Shown here piece after piece: positions 27,983 to 41,462 of a stretch of 64,000 nucleotides of DNA. The notes beneath the pieces were generated by a model that did not search any database, was not told the origin of the DNA, and saw nothing but the letters and a program-made list of their open reading frames with translations. The first letter of the stretch is position 1. Every line of letters begins with the position of its first letter. The translations under genes and the position numbers were made by a program. This stretch comes from Selaginella moellendorffii (taxonomy: Eukaryota; Plantae; Lycopodiophyta), in the NCBI RefSeq assembly GCF_000143415.4, contig NW_003314410.1, forward strand, positions 208,485 through 272,484, given 5' to 3'.

Positions 27983-30265
27983 CTCCTCCGATGCAACGTC
28001 CCCCGAGAGAGACGAAGAAGGGGGAGGAGAAGAAGAAGAAGGGGAGAAGGAGAGAGAGAGAGAAAGGGAGGAGAGATTTCTCTCCAAGGAAGACTTTTTC
28101 CTGATGCCCCTGCCCGCTGCTTCCCTCACCAAAATCCACTATCTATCTGCTCGGATCCCCGTGCTCGGACGGAAACGCAAGCGCAATCCCCTTGTAGGCC
28201 CAACATACTTCTTCCACTTTGGACCTGTATCTTGGAAAGTACCCGAGCGGTCAGCGCCTCTAGAAACCTAGCCTAGGAGCTCCAAGAATCCGATCGACCG
28301 CGAGAGGGAGACGATGATCCATTGAAATCTCCCAGAAATCGCTCGCATTTCCGTCCCCTGTGACGAAATTTCGAGCTGATACCTGGGGACAATGCGATTC
28401 CGACCGCGCGCTCCGTTACGGGCAGTGCATGGTAGGCAGCCTAACCACGAGAGCGATCGAGGCCGCCATCGCCGTCGCGTCTGGGCGCCATATCTTTGTC
28501 ATAGATGCGTGGATTAGAACCCTAGGAAAGAGCCATTCCAGTACGAGCATGTGAATGGGGAGGCGCGGCGTCATGCTACTACTACTGCTAACTATTTCAG
28601 CAGGACCCCACTTTGGCGGCGCTACGCCAAACTTGGCGGAATTTCGTCCAACCACGACCGATTATATTGTGTGATCGAATCCCACGATTCTAGTTACATG
28701 GTTTTAAAAACCTCCACGCCGCGTTATCGTTTTTTTATCTCCTCCATATCTTGGAAGCGTATAGTCCTTACGTGTTCTTGGCTCTCGGACAAGCTAAGAT
28801 CCAAGCTGTATGGATGGATACAAGAGAATGGCTGGGCGGTTGATCCATCACTCGTCACTCGCCGCGATCCAGAGAGCCGCTCTGCCGAGTTTTTATAAAG
28901 TCGAGTACTTCGTCGCAAGCAAACAATTCCCTTGGCACTGTGTGTCCCGGGTGGCAAGAGCTTGTCTCCTTGTATCGCTCATAACTATAAAGCGGCCGTA
29001 ACTTAACTTACACTTGGTCCCCACTGAGAACTCTGGGAGAACCTCTGCAACACCAAACATTGTAGTACGTGATCACGTAAAAATCGATTTTGCAAAGGCT
29101 TACCGTCCGAGGAAACGAGAAAAGGAGCGTTCCTTGCTTGGTTCTGTTGCAGTGAAAGCGATGGGCTTTCTTACGGAGTTTCTGTTAAGCACGGCTCCCT
29201 TTTCGCGTGATGGCAGGCCTGCCTATGTCACAGTGAGAATAGAACTGTTAGCAATGTAGGATTTTAAGATACAGGAAACTCTAACCTCGCGATTTGATTT
29301 TTCTATAGCTTTGTTCCTGCACTGGAGATCCAAAAGAAGCGTCGTGACAAGAGCTCGGCTACAAAGATCCTCTTGTCACTCTGCGATGCCTATAGCCTCT
29401 CCCTGTAATGGCGTGCTGGATCAGTGGTCTACCTAACAAAGCCTAAAGCTCCTCTTACCTTTTATCTTCTCGCGGTACAGTAGTCTCCAGCCTGCAACGA
29501 GTGTGTTGTGCCGCTCACAAGCCTCCCGTGACTGGCCAGTACTTTTAACATTCGGATCTGGAGAAGAGAATATCCAGTCAGGCCCGACCGAGCAAAGTGT
29601 TTAATATCACCTGGACCATCAAAGGATTGAATAAGATTGATGAAAAAGCTTTGGAATCATTTGAAAAGTCGGGCCTCACCTTTCGTGATCACAGCTAATG
29701 GAATGTGATGAGTTCTTCTGGCCAGTAGAATGAGTCTGCTTGCACGCACGCACCACTGTTCATCATTTTTTTCTCGCGCTTAGACATGTCTAAATCTCCA
29801 CTTTGGCACTTTGGGTGTTGTTTGTGCAAAGCAAAAGCACCACACACCACACAGCACCACTGCCAGACTTTCTGGTCGCTCTCTGAGAAAAAAGAAACAC
29901 AAAAGGAAGAAAGAACAATGAGACTTGAATGAATCAATTCCAACAAAAGAAACACCGTACCATTTCGCGACCCACCACATGCTATCCTTTGGTGTCGAAG
30001 TCTGTCCGCCTCACAAGTTTCCATTATGGCCTCAAGAAACAAATGAATTCATATCCAAAATGTCTGACTTTAGCAGCCGAGATGGATCGGGAACTAATGA
30101 GCCAGAAGAAAAAAAGAGGGGAAGAGCACAGCAAAAATTCGCGTACTTGTCACTGCGCGTTTCTAAAACTCTGCAAATTATGAAACATATGTACCATATC
30201 TTGCACTTCTGTAGTGGCAGCCGGATTAGAATAAAATGATAGCTCAAACCGCAACTTCCAAAGGC

Positions 30266-33200
30266 TCACCTGTCCCAGGAGTTGCCATTCTCTTGCCTCG
30301 CGGAATGCAGCGAGTATGAGCTCAAGTCTGTGCAATAGGAAGAGTCCTCTGGGAGTGCCATCCAGCCGGCCGCCTTGCTCTCTTCGTGCTTGAGTATGTG
30401 TTTCACGTACTGGAATGCCGAGGCCACCAAGTTCCGCTCGAGAGCGTTCAGCTGGAAGGTGTAGAGCTTGCGGTCACCGACGAGCTTCTTGAACTTGTGG
30501 ACAACGTATGTGTAGGCCTGTTGAGCTTGGGTAGAGTGAGGAACACCAACGGGGCTGAAGTCGGAAAACCAGTCACACGTCGTGAGTGGAACGCCTTTCA
30601 TGATCTTCTCTTCAAACTTGTCGTACTTGTTGAGAAAGAGAATGAAGGGGGTTCCCTTGAAGCAGGGGCGTGCCACAATGTCCTGAAAAAGCTCCTTGCT
30701 TATAAGAAGTTTGTTTCGGGCAACGCCATCGCTGTCTATCCATAATTGATCGAATTCGCTGAGTGCCACAGTAAAGACAACCGCTCGAACGTCCTCGAAC
30801 ATTCCCAGCCATTTCTTTCCTTCTTTAAGACCGATACCACCCACTCGTATAAGCTGGTACCTGCGTGATGTTTCAAGTCAAGACGCGCGAGAAAGAAAAA
30901 GAAGTTAATTGGCTAACCTTCCCGTAGGAGAGTAATCCACTGTGTCATGCATTGCACCTGAAGTCTGCTCCCGATCGGGTAAACCAAATTCTATCTCTGC
31001 AAGTCCGGAACCTTGGGTCAAGCCTTCTGCATATAAGATATCGTGATCCACAGGCTCGTACTCATTGCTTGAGAGCTCCACGACCTGAAAACAAAGAATT
31101 TAAGTCCTTCACCATTTAAACTGCACATGCTCACCCTTTCTAGGAATTCTCCGGCAACATCAGGTAGCTTATGAAGTTCCTCCTTCCTCTTGAATGTAGC
31201 TTGAATAGCAGGATCGCGCCAAAGCTCTTCCACAGATGCTGCGTACTCTCGTGTAGCAGCAGGAAAGTACCTTTCCAAAGATCCATCAGCTGTAATGTCA
31301 AGGAACCAGTCCGCTAGATTCTTCAACCGCGTATCCATCGAATACATATTCTTTGAGGTTTCGCCTGAGAAAGATACATTGATAAGGCCTTACTTGCAGT
31401 GTCACCATACCTGTCGCAGGAGGATCACATTTGATCTTCAACAAAGCATCACCTTCTTCATCTTCAAAACGCTCGCGACCTTCTAACAATATAACAAGAT
31501 ACTTGTAGATGTACGTTTGAATCATTTCCTTGTATCTCTCAAGTTCCTTCTGCTCGAAACCACCTCTGTAGAGAAACTTGGCCTGAGAAACACCACAAAT
31601 TTTAGTATTGAGTTCATTCACGTGAAAGGTCTTTACCTGCTTGAAGATTGTACTCCTGCCAGAGCCCTCGTGACCCAGTAAAAGCAGCTTGCTCACATTC
31701 TTATGCTCCAAAATGGCGGGAGGGTACCTAGCCGAAAGCTCACGAGCACTTGGTTTGTTGGCACGTACACTTCCACGAGGCGTCGGCAATGAGAACAGAG
31801 AATACATCACTCTTATGGAAGCCTGTACAAACATAACGCTCAGAGCACATTGATACGCACGCTTAGAGTTACCTTCTCCCATATGTTTCCTTTATAGTTG
31901 TTCTGTCCTTCTTCCATATACGATCCATCGGGTGATAGAAAAAGGTAAGTACTCGGAGGACACTGCACTCCTGCCAACTGATCATAACAACAACGTAGAA
32001 ATTACTGTAGCGCTATGCAAGAACAAGAAATTACCTTCAACATTTTTAATTCAGACTTGGTGATCTGACGACAATTTATATAGACCTCCGTTGTACCAAG
32101 GCTTGCATCCGGCTTAAGGTTGCCACCAACTTTCAACTCTGCAGTGACGATCTTGCTTGGCTTTTCACCTTCCTGTTGCAGCATAGAATAAAAACTTCTC
32201 AGTACTCTGAAAGCTTCGTTCGTAATAAAGCAAACTTACCTTTCCCCACAGTCCAGAGGTTTTGTCGTACCAGTATTTGCCGGGCTTAAGTTTTGGAGGA
32301 GGATTGCTGCAGCTCAATAGCTCGGACATCTCCGGCGCAGCGAGGGCCCTGCCGTTCACAATAAGCTGCTCGGGACGTAGTTGATTGGCCAAACAATCCT
32401 TCTCTGTGCGCATGATCTGCTGGATCTCCAAGGGACTCAGAATGCTTTTGAGCAGCCTGGACGGCTTCCCAAGATACGGTCGTCGTGATTCATGAATAGG
32501 CAGGCCAATGCACCGTAAGCACTTCCGCCCCTCCGGCATGGAGCCCATTGCAATAAGGACGCAGTTCCGACAGTACCTCGCAGTGCAGACGAGGCACGTC
32601 TCTTTCTCCTGTAACATGTGTTTTTTAAGACACCGATGGCATTCACGCTTTTTCGTCACCACCACCACTGGCTCCACCGCAGTAACACCAGATGGCGAGC
32701 CAGGCCTCGAAGATCCGTCAGCTCTATCCCTCTCTGGCATCGAAATGGACCGCGGAGTGGAATGGAAGTCCGAGTTTTCCAAGTTGTGGTTCTCACTGAG
32801 CGACACGGATCTTAAAGCCGACGGAGAAGGCAGTGCAGAGGCCGCAGCTGACACTGCCGCGGAAAACTGGACGTTCAGCTCTTCAATCTCCGAGGAGGAG
32901 GATTTCCGCGACAGGGAGTTCAATCCGGAGTACGCTAGCCTTGAATCCGGGGAACTCGAGCCGGCCTCCTTCTCTTTAGAGGCAGCCTTTCCTCTTGTCC
33001 CACTGTTGGACAAAGGACTTCTTCCTGTGGTAGACGAGCTGTCCTTCTCTACCAGTCCTGTGATAGGTGATCTTGCTGACCCCGACTCGCTTATCAGCTT
33101 CTCTGCTGCCAAATGAGCTCGTTTCCTGGTATCTATGTGTAGCGCAGACGGCTTGGGCCTTGGCGTCTTGGAAACCGACGACGAATCCACCTGGCTGGAA

Positions 33201-33406
33201 CTATCCCGAGATCCAACCAGTGGATCAGCCCTGGGAACCGGATGATCACCTACATGTCCCGAGTACTCCATTGCGAATGAATAATCGAGCTGATCGTAGT
33301 CTGGAATAGGCGCTCCCGGCGGCAGCATGGGCCTCAAGAGATTCTCCAGTGAGATGTCCGGCGGGTCTAGAGGCTGCGGCTCCATGATGCTTGCGACAAC
33401 GGTCAT
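30266..33406 (-). CDS. XLG: Extra-large G-protein (XLG)
   Basis: YSFAMEY, Cys-rich CHRC...CLVC..RYCRNCVLIAMGSMPEGRKC, KPGKYWYDKTSGLWGK, and a G-alpha domain with LLLGHEGSGRSTIFKQ, KWLGMFEDV, LFLNKYD. Confidence 0.92.
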
Positions 33407-33752
33407 CCTGATCACCAAGCAGCGCAGGGAAATTCGACTCGCCTTTCACGATCTTGCATTGTAATCCAGGAGAACGTACCTCTTCGGGCGCGGCGCTGTC
33501 GGCGGCAGGACGAGGAGGATCTGCCGCGCCGCAGCTCCAGCTCGCCTCCGCGCGCTGCGAGAGAAGAATCCATTACTGTAGAGCCGCTGGCCGCCATCGC
33601 TGCTCCATAACCCTAGCTGCGCATCTTTTTTACACGGCCAGGCGCACAAGAAGTGACTGAAAGAGATGAGCGCGTGGAATGGCGCCGTACACTGCCTCTT
33701 GGGCCACATGGTCCACAAATAACAACGGCCCGTACTGTATGAAGCGCTAGGA

Positions 33753-35435
33753 TCATCCGAGGAGCTCGTCAAGAGAGAGGCGATGGCGCACCACATTGCC
33801 CAATGCCTGGCGCCCCTGATCCATCTCATCGTGAACGATGTAGGCGTTGAGCAGGCTCGTCCAATCGTTGTGACTCGCCGGGAATGGCATGCCCTGGACG
33901 AGATCCTCGGCGTCGCGCAGCCGCCCCAATCGCCCCAGCAAATCCACCAGGCAGCAGTAGTGCTCGCGGATCGGCACCAGGCAGTGGTCGTGTCCGATAC
34001 TGGAGAAGAAATCGCGCGCGCGATCGAGCAGGCCGAGGTGCCCACACGCGTGGAGCACGCTCGTGAAGGTGATCTCGTCGGGGGAGATCCCATCGAGGAG
34101 CTGCTGAAAGAAGATCTCGAGCGCCTCGGCCCCGCGACCGAGATTCGCGCAGCTCGCGATCATCGAGTTCCAGGACACGGCGTTCCTCTCGGGCATAGCG
34201 TGGAACGCCGCCAGCGCCTGGCCGACATGGCCATTGATCGCCGCCGCCGCGAGCCAGCCATTCCAGGACACGAGATCGTGCCTGGGCGATCGCAAGAACA
34301 CCTTGCGCGCTTCCTCCATCTTGCCATTCTGGCCATAGCCGAAGAGCAGCGCGTTCCACGACACGACGTCGCGCTCGCGCATCGCGGCGAAGAGATCTCC
34401 CGCTTCATCCAAGAGCCCTTCTAAGGCAAATGCCGAGAGCATGGCATTCAACGAGACGATGTTCCACGCCGGCGAGGTGTTGTACAGAGCCTTGGCCATC
34501 GCCATGTGGCCATAAATGGCGTACGACGCGATCATAGTGTTCCAGGTAATCACGTCCCGGCACTGGGCGGTATCAAAGTCACGCTTCGCATACTCCAAAT
34601 GCCCGTTTTGGGCATATGCTGCTACCATGGCATTCCACGACGCTGTGTTCCTCTCCGCCATATTGTGAAAGATTCTCTCTGCTTGATCGAGATCGCCGCT
34701 GGTGGAGCACGCGGTGATCATCGCGTTGCTAGCGATCGCGTCGTGCTCCGGCATGGATTTGTAGATTCGCTCGCATTCCTGGAGATTTCCCCGCTGGGAG
34801 AACGCGGTGATCATCGTGGTACACGCGACGATATTCCAGGTGGGCATGATCATGAAGAGGTTCTGCGCCTCGGAGTGGCCGCGCTGGCCATAGGCCTGGA
34901 TCATCGACGTCCAGGAGATTTCGTTCTTCATCGGCATGGCCGCTAAGATCTCCTTGGCTGATTCCAAGTGCCAGTCTTGGGCATTTGCGGAGAGAATGGT
35001 GTTCCAGGAGACAAGATTGTGGCCGGGCATCCGATCAAAGATCGTCGCTGCCTCTCCGGAAGCTTGCATCAATGCGTTCCAGGAGATGATGTCTCGCCCT
35101 GGCATTCGATCGAAGAAGTCCTTTGCCTTCGCCAGATTCCCAGCCTGGGCATGCGCGGTGACCATGGCATTCCAGGATGCCGCGTTCAATCTGGGAAAGC
35201 GGTGGAAGAACGTCTCGGCCTGATCGATGGCCCCGTTCTGGGCATAGGCAGTGATGATGATGTTGAAGGAAAAATCGTTGGGGCGAGCGATGGCGTCGAA
35301 GATCCTGCGCGCGTCGCCGAGGCTCCCGCATTTGCCATACATCTGGACGAGCAAATTCGCGAGGTAGATGTCGCTCTTGAGCCCGCTGGAATCGATCTGG
35401 GCGTGGATCCTCCTCCCCGCCCAGAGATCCCTAGA
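33753..35435 (-). CDS. PLS-class pentatricopeptide repeat protein (long run of ~31-aa short repeats, partial E domain, no DYW); 5' end in assembly gap
   Basis: Intronless; MYGKCGSL, repeated SWNAM..AYAQ.G units, ITFTSVLHACGHLG, HYCCLVDLLGRLG..AEDLV..MPF; stop at 33753. Confidence 0.9.
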   Translation of the reverse strand, partial: SRDLWAGRRIHAQIDSSGLKSDIYLANLLVQMYGKCGSLGDARRIFDAIARPNDFSFNIIITAYAQNGAIDQAETFFHRFPRLNAASWNAMVTAHAQAGNLAKAKDFFDRMPGRDIISWNALMQASGEAATIFDRMPGHNLVSWNTILSANAQDWHLESAKEILAAMPMKNEISWTSMIQAYGQRGHSEAQNLFMIMPTWNIVACTTMITAFSQRGNLQECERIYKSMPEHDAIASNAMITACSTSGDLDQAERIFHNMAERNTASWNAMVAAYAQNGHLEYAKRDFDTAQCRDVITWNTMIASYAIYGHMAMAKALYNTSPAWNIVSLNAMLSAFALEGLLDEAGDLFAAMRERDVVSWNALLFGYGQNGKMEEARKVFLRSPRHDLVSWNGWLAAAAINGHVGQALAAFHAMPERNAVSWNSMIASCANLGRGAEALEIFFQQLLDGISPDEITFTSVLHACGHLGLLDRARDFFSSIGHDHCLVPIREHYCCLVDLLGRLGRLRDAEDLVQGMPFPASHNDWTSLLNAYIVHDEMDQGRQALGNVVRHRLSLDELLG

Positions 35436-35535
35436 NNNNNNNNNNNNNNNNNNNNNNNNNNNNNNNNNNNNNNNNNNNNNNNNNNNNNNNNNNNNNNNNN
35501 NNNNNNNNNNNNNNNNNNNNNNNNNNNNNNNNNNN
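35436..35535. other. Assembly gap (100 N) hiding the 5' ends of both the PPR gene and RAD50
   Basis: Run of N. Other gaps lie at 58192-58291 and 61063-62021. Confidence 0.99.
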
Positions 35536-35552
35536 CGATTTTTCTTCTCTAG

Positions 35553-38500
35553 GTTGATGGCCAGACCGAGACAAAGGGGCAGATCAAGCTTCGATTCAGG
35601 ACAGCCTCTGGGAAAGACGTTGTGTGCATTCGATCCTTTCAGCTCACGCAAAAGGCGTCAAAGATGGAATACAAGGCCATCGAGAGTGTTCTTCAGACAA
35701 TCAACACTCACACCGGAGAGGTACTACTGTGTGATTGTATTTTCATGTTGGTTCTCTTTGCTCTTTGGCAGAAAGTGTGCCTTAGTTATCGCTGTGCGGA
35801 CATGGACAGAGAGGTTCCAGCTCTCATGGGCGTATCGAAGGCCATTTTGGAGAACGTGATTTTTGTGCATCAGGACGAGGCGAACTGGCCATTGTCGGAA
35901 GCTTCTGTTCTGAAGAAAAAGTTCGATGACATTTTTTCGGCGACCAGGTAATGCAGGACAATGCATGGGAATATATCTTCTTACTTTTGACTTGCAGATA
36001 CACGAAGGCCCTGGATGTCATCAAGAAGCTCCACAAGGACCAGACACAAGAAATCAAGATGCAGAAACTGAAGCTTGAAAACGTGCAAACGCTCAAGGAT
36101 GCAGCGTACAAGGTTCTTTCGTGCTTATTTGGCACTACCTTTTCTTAAATGCCTTTGTTACAGCTGCAAGAAACTATCGACGGCGATCAGCAGAAGACAA
36201 AGCAACTGCAAGACTTGATAGCCATTCTGACTCCAAAGATCCAGGCTGCGCAGGCTAAGATAAACTCTTTAGAGGGTGTTCTGGAGGAAATAAGGCAGCT
36301 GCAGAAAGAAATAAATTTCAAAGATGGCGTCAGAACTTCTGTGCTAAAGGCAAAGACCGAGCAGTACAATGCGCTGGAGGAGGAAAACGAAGGTATACAT
36401 CCATGGCTTTAAACGGGTCGAATCAAATCTAACGCGCTTCACTCTGCAGACAGCGATGAAGATCTGGCTGAATGGCAAGAAAAGTTTCATGAAAGGATTG
36501 CGCAGTCCAACAAAGAGATTTGCGATCTTCAAAGGAGCTTGGATGCTGCTAACACGCAATATGACACCCTGTCTGAGTTGATTGCTCAAGCGTCTACACA
36601 AGTCGGAAAGTTCGAGGGAGAAGAAAATGTATGCCTAATGAGTTTTGCATGCCATACTAACATCGTTAAATTCAGGCCCATCTTCAAGATAAAAAGCAGT
36701 GCGATGCCCTTATACAACAGCTTTTTGACCGTTACAAACTTGGCAATCTGGTGCTTCCACTTGATGAACAGGCGACAGAAAGATCCATTGCTAGGATTAC
36801 AAATCGCCTGGAAGATTTGAAGCAGGATCATGCTAAACTTACGGTGCCACTTAACGCTGTTTATGGCGGAAGTCTGATATCACAATTTTGCAGAAATTTC
36901 ACGAGAAGGAACTAGCTACATTTTCAAAAAAACTGGATGACGTCAACCAGAAATACAGCGATGCTAGTGGAAGAAAGGATGGAAAAATTGGTCAGAAGGT
37001 ATACATATGCCTTTTTAGCCTTTTGTGATGTTTGACAAGGACTTGCAGAGGTCTATAGAAAAGCGTATTGACGAGCTAAGAACCACCTTCCGGGACACGT
37101 CAACTCTCGAGGGCGAGTTAAGAAGAAGCGCAGAGAGAGCTGCATCAATGGTGAGGCTTAAAGCACAAATGATCAACTGCCTAGCTCTGTTGGTAACAGG
37201 ATACGGAAGTTAAAAGAATGCAGAGGAAAATGGACGACATGAACTTTGATGAGCTCATCAGCGAAGAACGAAAAAATAAGCTGGGCATAGAGCAAAAGAT
37301 TCGGAGCTTGCGTTTGGAAAAAGCCAATCTAGACCGAGATGCCGATGACAGACGTAGCCTGAAGCTAAAAGCGGACGATCTAGCGTCTCAACAAAGGAAC
37401 CTCAAGAAACTGTAAGTATTTGAGTTTTTTATTTTATTTTGCTCTATGTTTGATATTAATGCATTCGCTACAGGATGGAAGATAACAAGGACAAATTCAG
37501 GTTAACTTTGAAAACGCAACCTAAGGATCCTAAGACTGTGAAGTCAGATGTGGAGCTTACATTCGGGTAACGCGCAAACCCTTTGAATGTCTAAAACCGG
37601 ATTTATATTTGCAGCAACATCTCTAAGGCATACGACGAGCTTCTTGATAGATCCCGAGATGCCGATATGAGAGTTGCACAGGCACGCGCAATGCTTGACG
37701 ATGCAAAGTCTACACTTGCGAAGCAGCAAGAAGAGAAAGAAGGTGACCTTCTGTTGAATAAAATCATTGTTAAAGATGCACCAAGTCCAAACTTGATGTT
37801 GCAGCTAAACGGAAGCTCTTGATTAGCAGGCTTTACAGTCTTTTTCAACAGGATTTGAATCCCAGCAGTTATCCATCAAAGTTACGCGAACTCTCTGACG
37901 CAAGAGATTCGAGCAAAAGGTCTGTTTAAGGTCTACAAGAAGCTTTCTCACGGTTGGCCTTGAACGAATGCAGCCAGCATGACATGGCTGACGGAATGCG
38001 GCGAATGTTTGACCCGTTCGAGCGAATTGCAAGGGCAACTCATGCATGCCCGTGCTGTGAACGACCTTTTGCCACTCCTGAGGAGGAAGACGAGTTTGTT
38101 GACAAGGTTGGTTTGTCTTCCGGTCCAAAGCTGCACTCATTTTTTTCTTCTTCCAGCAACGAGTAAAGCGCTCATCTACTGCACAACGCCTGCATGAATT
38201 GGCGTCCTTGACCAGCATTGCGGATAATAAATTTCAGCAGCTGGATAAACTTCGGCCGTTGTTTGAGGAATACCAAAAGCTAGAGAGTCAAGGAATTTCA
38301 GCTACGGAGAAATCTATCTCGGACATGACAATGGAGCTTGAGAGAAGTACAGAAACGCAAAATGACGTAAATTCTTTCCGCTTCAATGTTTGGAAGCTAG
38401 CTAACTTGCTTGTTTCTGCTATTTCAGGTATCTTGTCTCCTAGCACAGTCCAAAGCCGAGCTTGGCTTGGTAACAGAGCTTCGAATTACTGCGCAGTCGA

Positions 38501-40558
38501 TCGAGGAAGCTTATACGAGCGTTCAAAACCTCGAAAGGGAGGTCAGAACGCTTCAAAATCAGCTTAACCCTGAGTCATCTCTGCGGTCCCCAGATGACGT
38601 AGGAGAAGAACTTGAAAAGCACGAGAAACAACTGTAAGCAAGAGCAGGACCGTGTTTTCATTGACTCTCTCTCGTTTATTTTGGCGCAGGGAAGAATTAA
38701 ATCGAAAGCTCGATAGGCTTAAGGAAGAACATGACTACATGAAAGACGATCTTGCAAACTGCAAGCAGAGGAAACATGCTGAGGAGATGAAGAAAGCAGA
38801 TTTAGAGAAAAAGCTAGAACGGAACAAAGCTTTGAAGGAGGAGGAAGCTAGCTTGGTTAAACAGATGAATCAAATCGACACTGAAATTCAGGTTTGATTT
38901 TGTTTGCTGGTAAAAAATTTATGTCAACATTCTGCTTTTTGTGGTTAGTTTGAAATGGAGCAGCTGGAGCCTCTAGCAGAAGAAAAAGAAAGGCACCTAA
39001 AAGAGTTCGATCAACTTAAGAGAAAGTTTAGACAAGAGCAGGATGTTAGCACTCAGGGCGTAAACGACTTCGACAAAGAGGTTCATTCCTTAACGAATAT
39101 CTGGGGAAAGATTAAAGAGTATGCTTGTTCTTCGTCATTAGCGTAATTCTAATTCTTTTTGTTTGCTGTGCAGTTATGTGGAGCGTCATAAAACACACAA
39201 CGTCCAGACCGCGAAGAGAAGGTTGTCTGAGCTGCAGGCGCAGAAGGACGAAGAAGAGTCCAAAAAAAGCTTTTGCCTTGCGGAAGTTCAGAGAGTGAAT
39301 AACGTGCTCGCGCAGCAGAAAGTCATCGAAAGAAACATTGCCGACAACATAAAATATCGTAAGCTTTGCGCAGAGGAGCAGAAGTGCATCCAGGAAATTA
39401 AAGCGCTGGAAGAAAGAATGCTGGCAATTGGAAACACATTGGACTTCGAGGGAGAACTGAAGAAAGCTTTGAAAGAAAAACAGCATCTAATGGGCGAGGT
39501 AAAGAGTTTCACCCAGTGATTATGAGTATATGTTATTGAATTGACTTGCAGGAGAGCCGTCACAAAGGAACTATTGCGGTGCACGAAAGCAACATAGCAA
39601 GGAACAAAGCAGACTTAAAGCAGCCGCAGTACAAAAATATCGACAAGCGTTATCGAGCCCAGCTCATACAGCTTAAGGTGGAAGTCCTTTTTCTGTTTTT
39701 CTTGTGGTCCTCACTGTCCTCTTTATGCTGCAGACGATGGAAATGGCGAATAAGGATCTGGATAAATACTATAACGCACTGGATCGGTACATTGTTTTCG
39801 ATGCTAATGTCATTGGATGATTCGAGCTTTTTTGCAGAGCCCTGATGCGATTCCATACCATGAAGATGGAAGAAATCAACAAAATAATCAAAGAGCTCTG
39901 GCAGCAGACATACAGGGGACAAGATATCGACTTTATCGAAATAAGAGCCGACGCCGAAGGAACTGGCACCCGTTCTTATAGCTATCGGGTATGGTGCACT
40001 GTTAGCTGTTCTTGTGCAGATGATGCGTCTTTTGATACAGGTGGTAATGAGGGCGGGAGGCGCAGAGCTCGAAATGCGTGGCCGCTGCAGTGCTGGGCAG
40101 AAGGTATCGAATGATCTCCACGGCTTGCTGATTGTAGTGTCTGTTTTACAGGTCCTCGCTGCCCTGATCATTCGCTTGGCTTTGGCTGAGACGTTTTGCC
40201 TCAACTGCGGGATTCTGACGCTGGACGAGCCTACGACAAACTTGGACGCTCAAAACGCTGAGAGCTTTGCAGCTGCGCTCTTAAGGTGGGCTTCGAACCT
40301 GGCCTCTAGTCTCTAACCAGCAGACACACTAGGATTATGGAAGAGCGGCGAGGACAGGAAAACTTCCAGCTTATCGTGATCACCCACGACGAGAGATTTG
40401 CGCAACTTATCGGGCAGCGGCAGCTAACGGAGAAGTACTACCGAGTGTCCAAGGATGAAAGGTAAGCTAAGCTAGCTGTTTATCTCAGTCTGTATTTGAC
40501 ACTCTCGTCACCTTGCAGGCAGCACAGCCTGATAGAAGTTCAAGAGATTTTCGGGTAA
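35553..40558 (+). CDS. RAD50: DNA repair protein RAD50 (first exon or exons in the gap)
   Basis: [23 protein letters not shown] (Q-loop), long coiled coil, zinc hook [10 protein letters not shown], signature RGRCSAGQK, Walker [14 protein letters not shown]-loop IVITHD; TAA at 40556-40558; many tiny introns. Confidence 0.95.
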
Positions 40559-41189
40559 ATAGAATAGAAGACGGTGGCATATATAGAAATATATGTAGAG
40601 GTACACACTCTCTCCCGTCCACGTAAAAAATGCTCACACATGAGGTTTATTTTTCATTGAGATGACTAAGATTTCTTCTTGACTAAATTTCTGACTACTT
40701 TTTATCCATTCTATTTTGTTTTGGCTGGCTCAGACAAGAAGCAAATAAATTTGCGGGGTCTTCTCGCTCACGCTCCATGCGCTTTTAGATATCACTCTTT
40801 GACCAGTCTGGCTTTTCATCGGGCCAAATTTGAGGATAGTGCTCCAGACAACCCTGAATACAATCCCAGGCCATCAAATGAATCCAGATTGTCACAGCAT
40901 TGTTGTCTCCCAGGCATAGGTTCTTCTCCAACCTATTTGAAACATCTATACCTTCTAGCAGGTTTGCCAATCTCCAGTATAGCATTATCTTGATTGCTGT
41001 GTAATTTGTTCACACGCCAGTTAAGTTGATCGCACTGTTCCCGACCGTTGGATCGAGATTAGTTATTGTCTATAGTTTTGGAGAACCTGTATTATTGCTT
41101 ATGTGGCACATGAATCGTACTAATCCAATAAAAATGTGCCAAGTGTCACTTAGCTGGAGCCCTCGCTTACCGATACTTTGCTGACGACC

Positions 41190-41330
41190 TCTTTGATTCG
41201 TATCCTTGCACTGTGGCAATATCCGCGGTAAGCTCCTGCCTGCGTCGATCGAGTCCAAGAAGGCGCGCAGCGATCTCGCTGGAGACAATCGCGCTCTCAG
41301 TCCATGCACATTGTAGCTCACAATCCTCAT
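41190..41330 (-). pseudogene. 5' fragment of an APE2-type AP endonuclease
   Basis: MRIVSYNVHGLRARLS...LRAFLDSIDA then RRQELTADIATVQGYES in another frame. The intervening catalytic ICxQETK segment is deleted. Confidence 0.7.
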
Positions 41331-41462
41331 TTCCCCGCCAAGCCAGGGAGGAGCTCAAACGAAATAGGGCAAAAGCAATCTTATACTCTATCATATCAAA
41401 GTGTTATAGTAGTTACCAAAGAAAAGAATGCAATGTATTAACTATGGAACTATGGAACGATC

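Noticed and set aside
29344-29379. GTGACAAGAG...CTCTTGTCAC inverted repeat as a miRNA precursor
   Set aside because: Only a 10-bp stem, too short for a pre-miRNA, and no match to a miRNA I recognise.
33753-35651. 632-aa ORF as a single protein
   Set aside because: It reads through the N gap; its first 38 residues are antisense RAD50 sequence.
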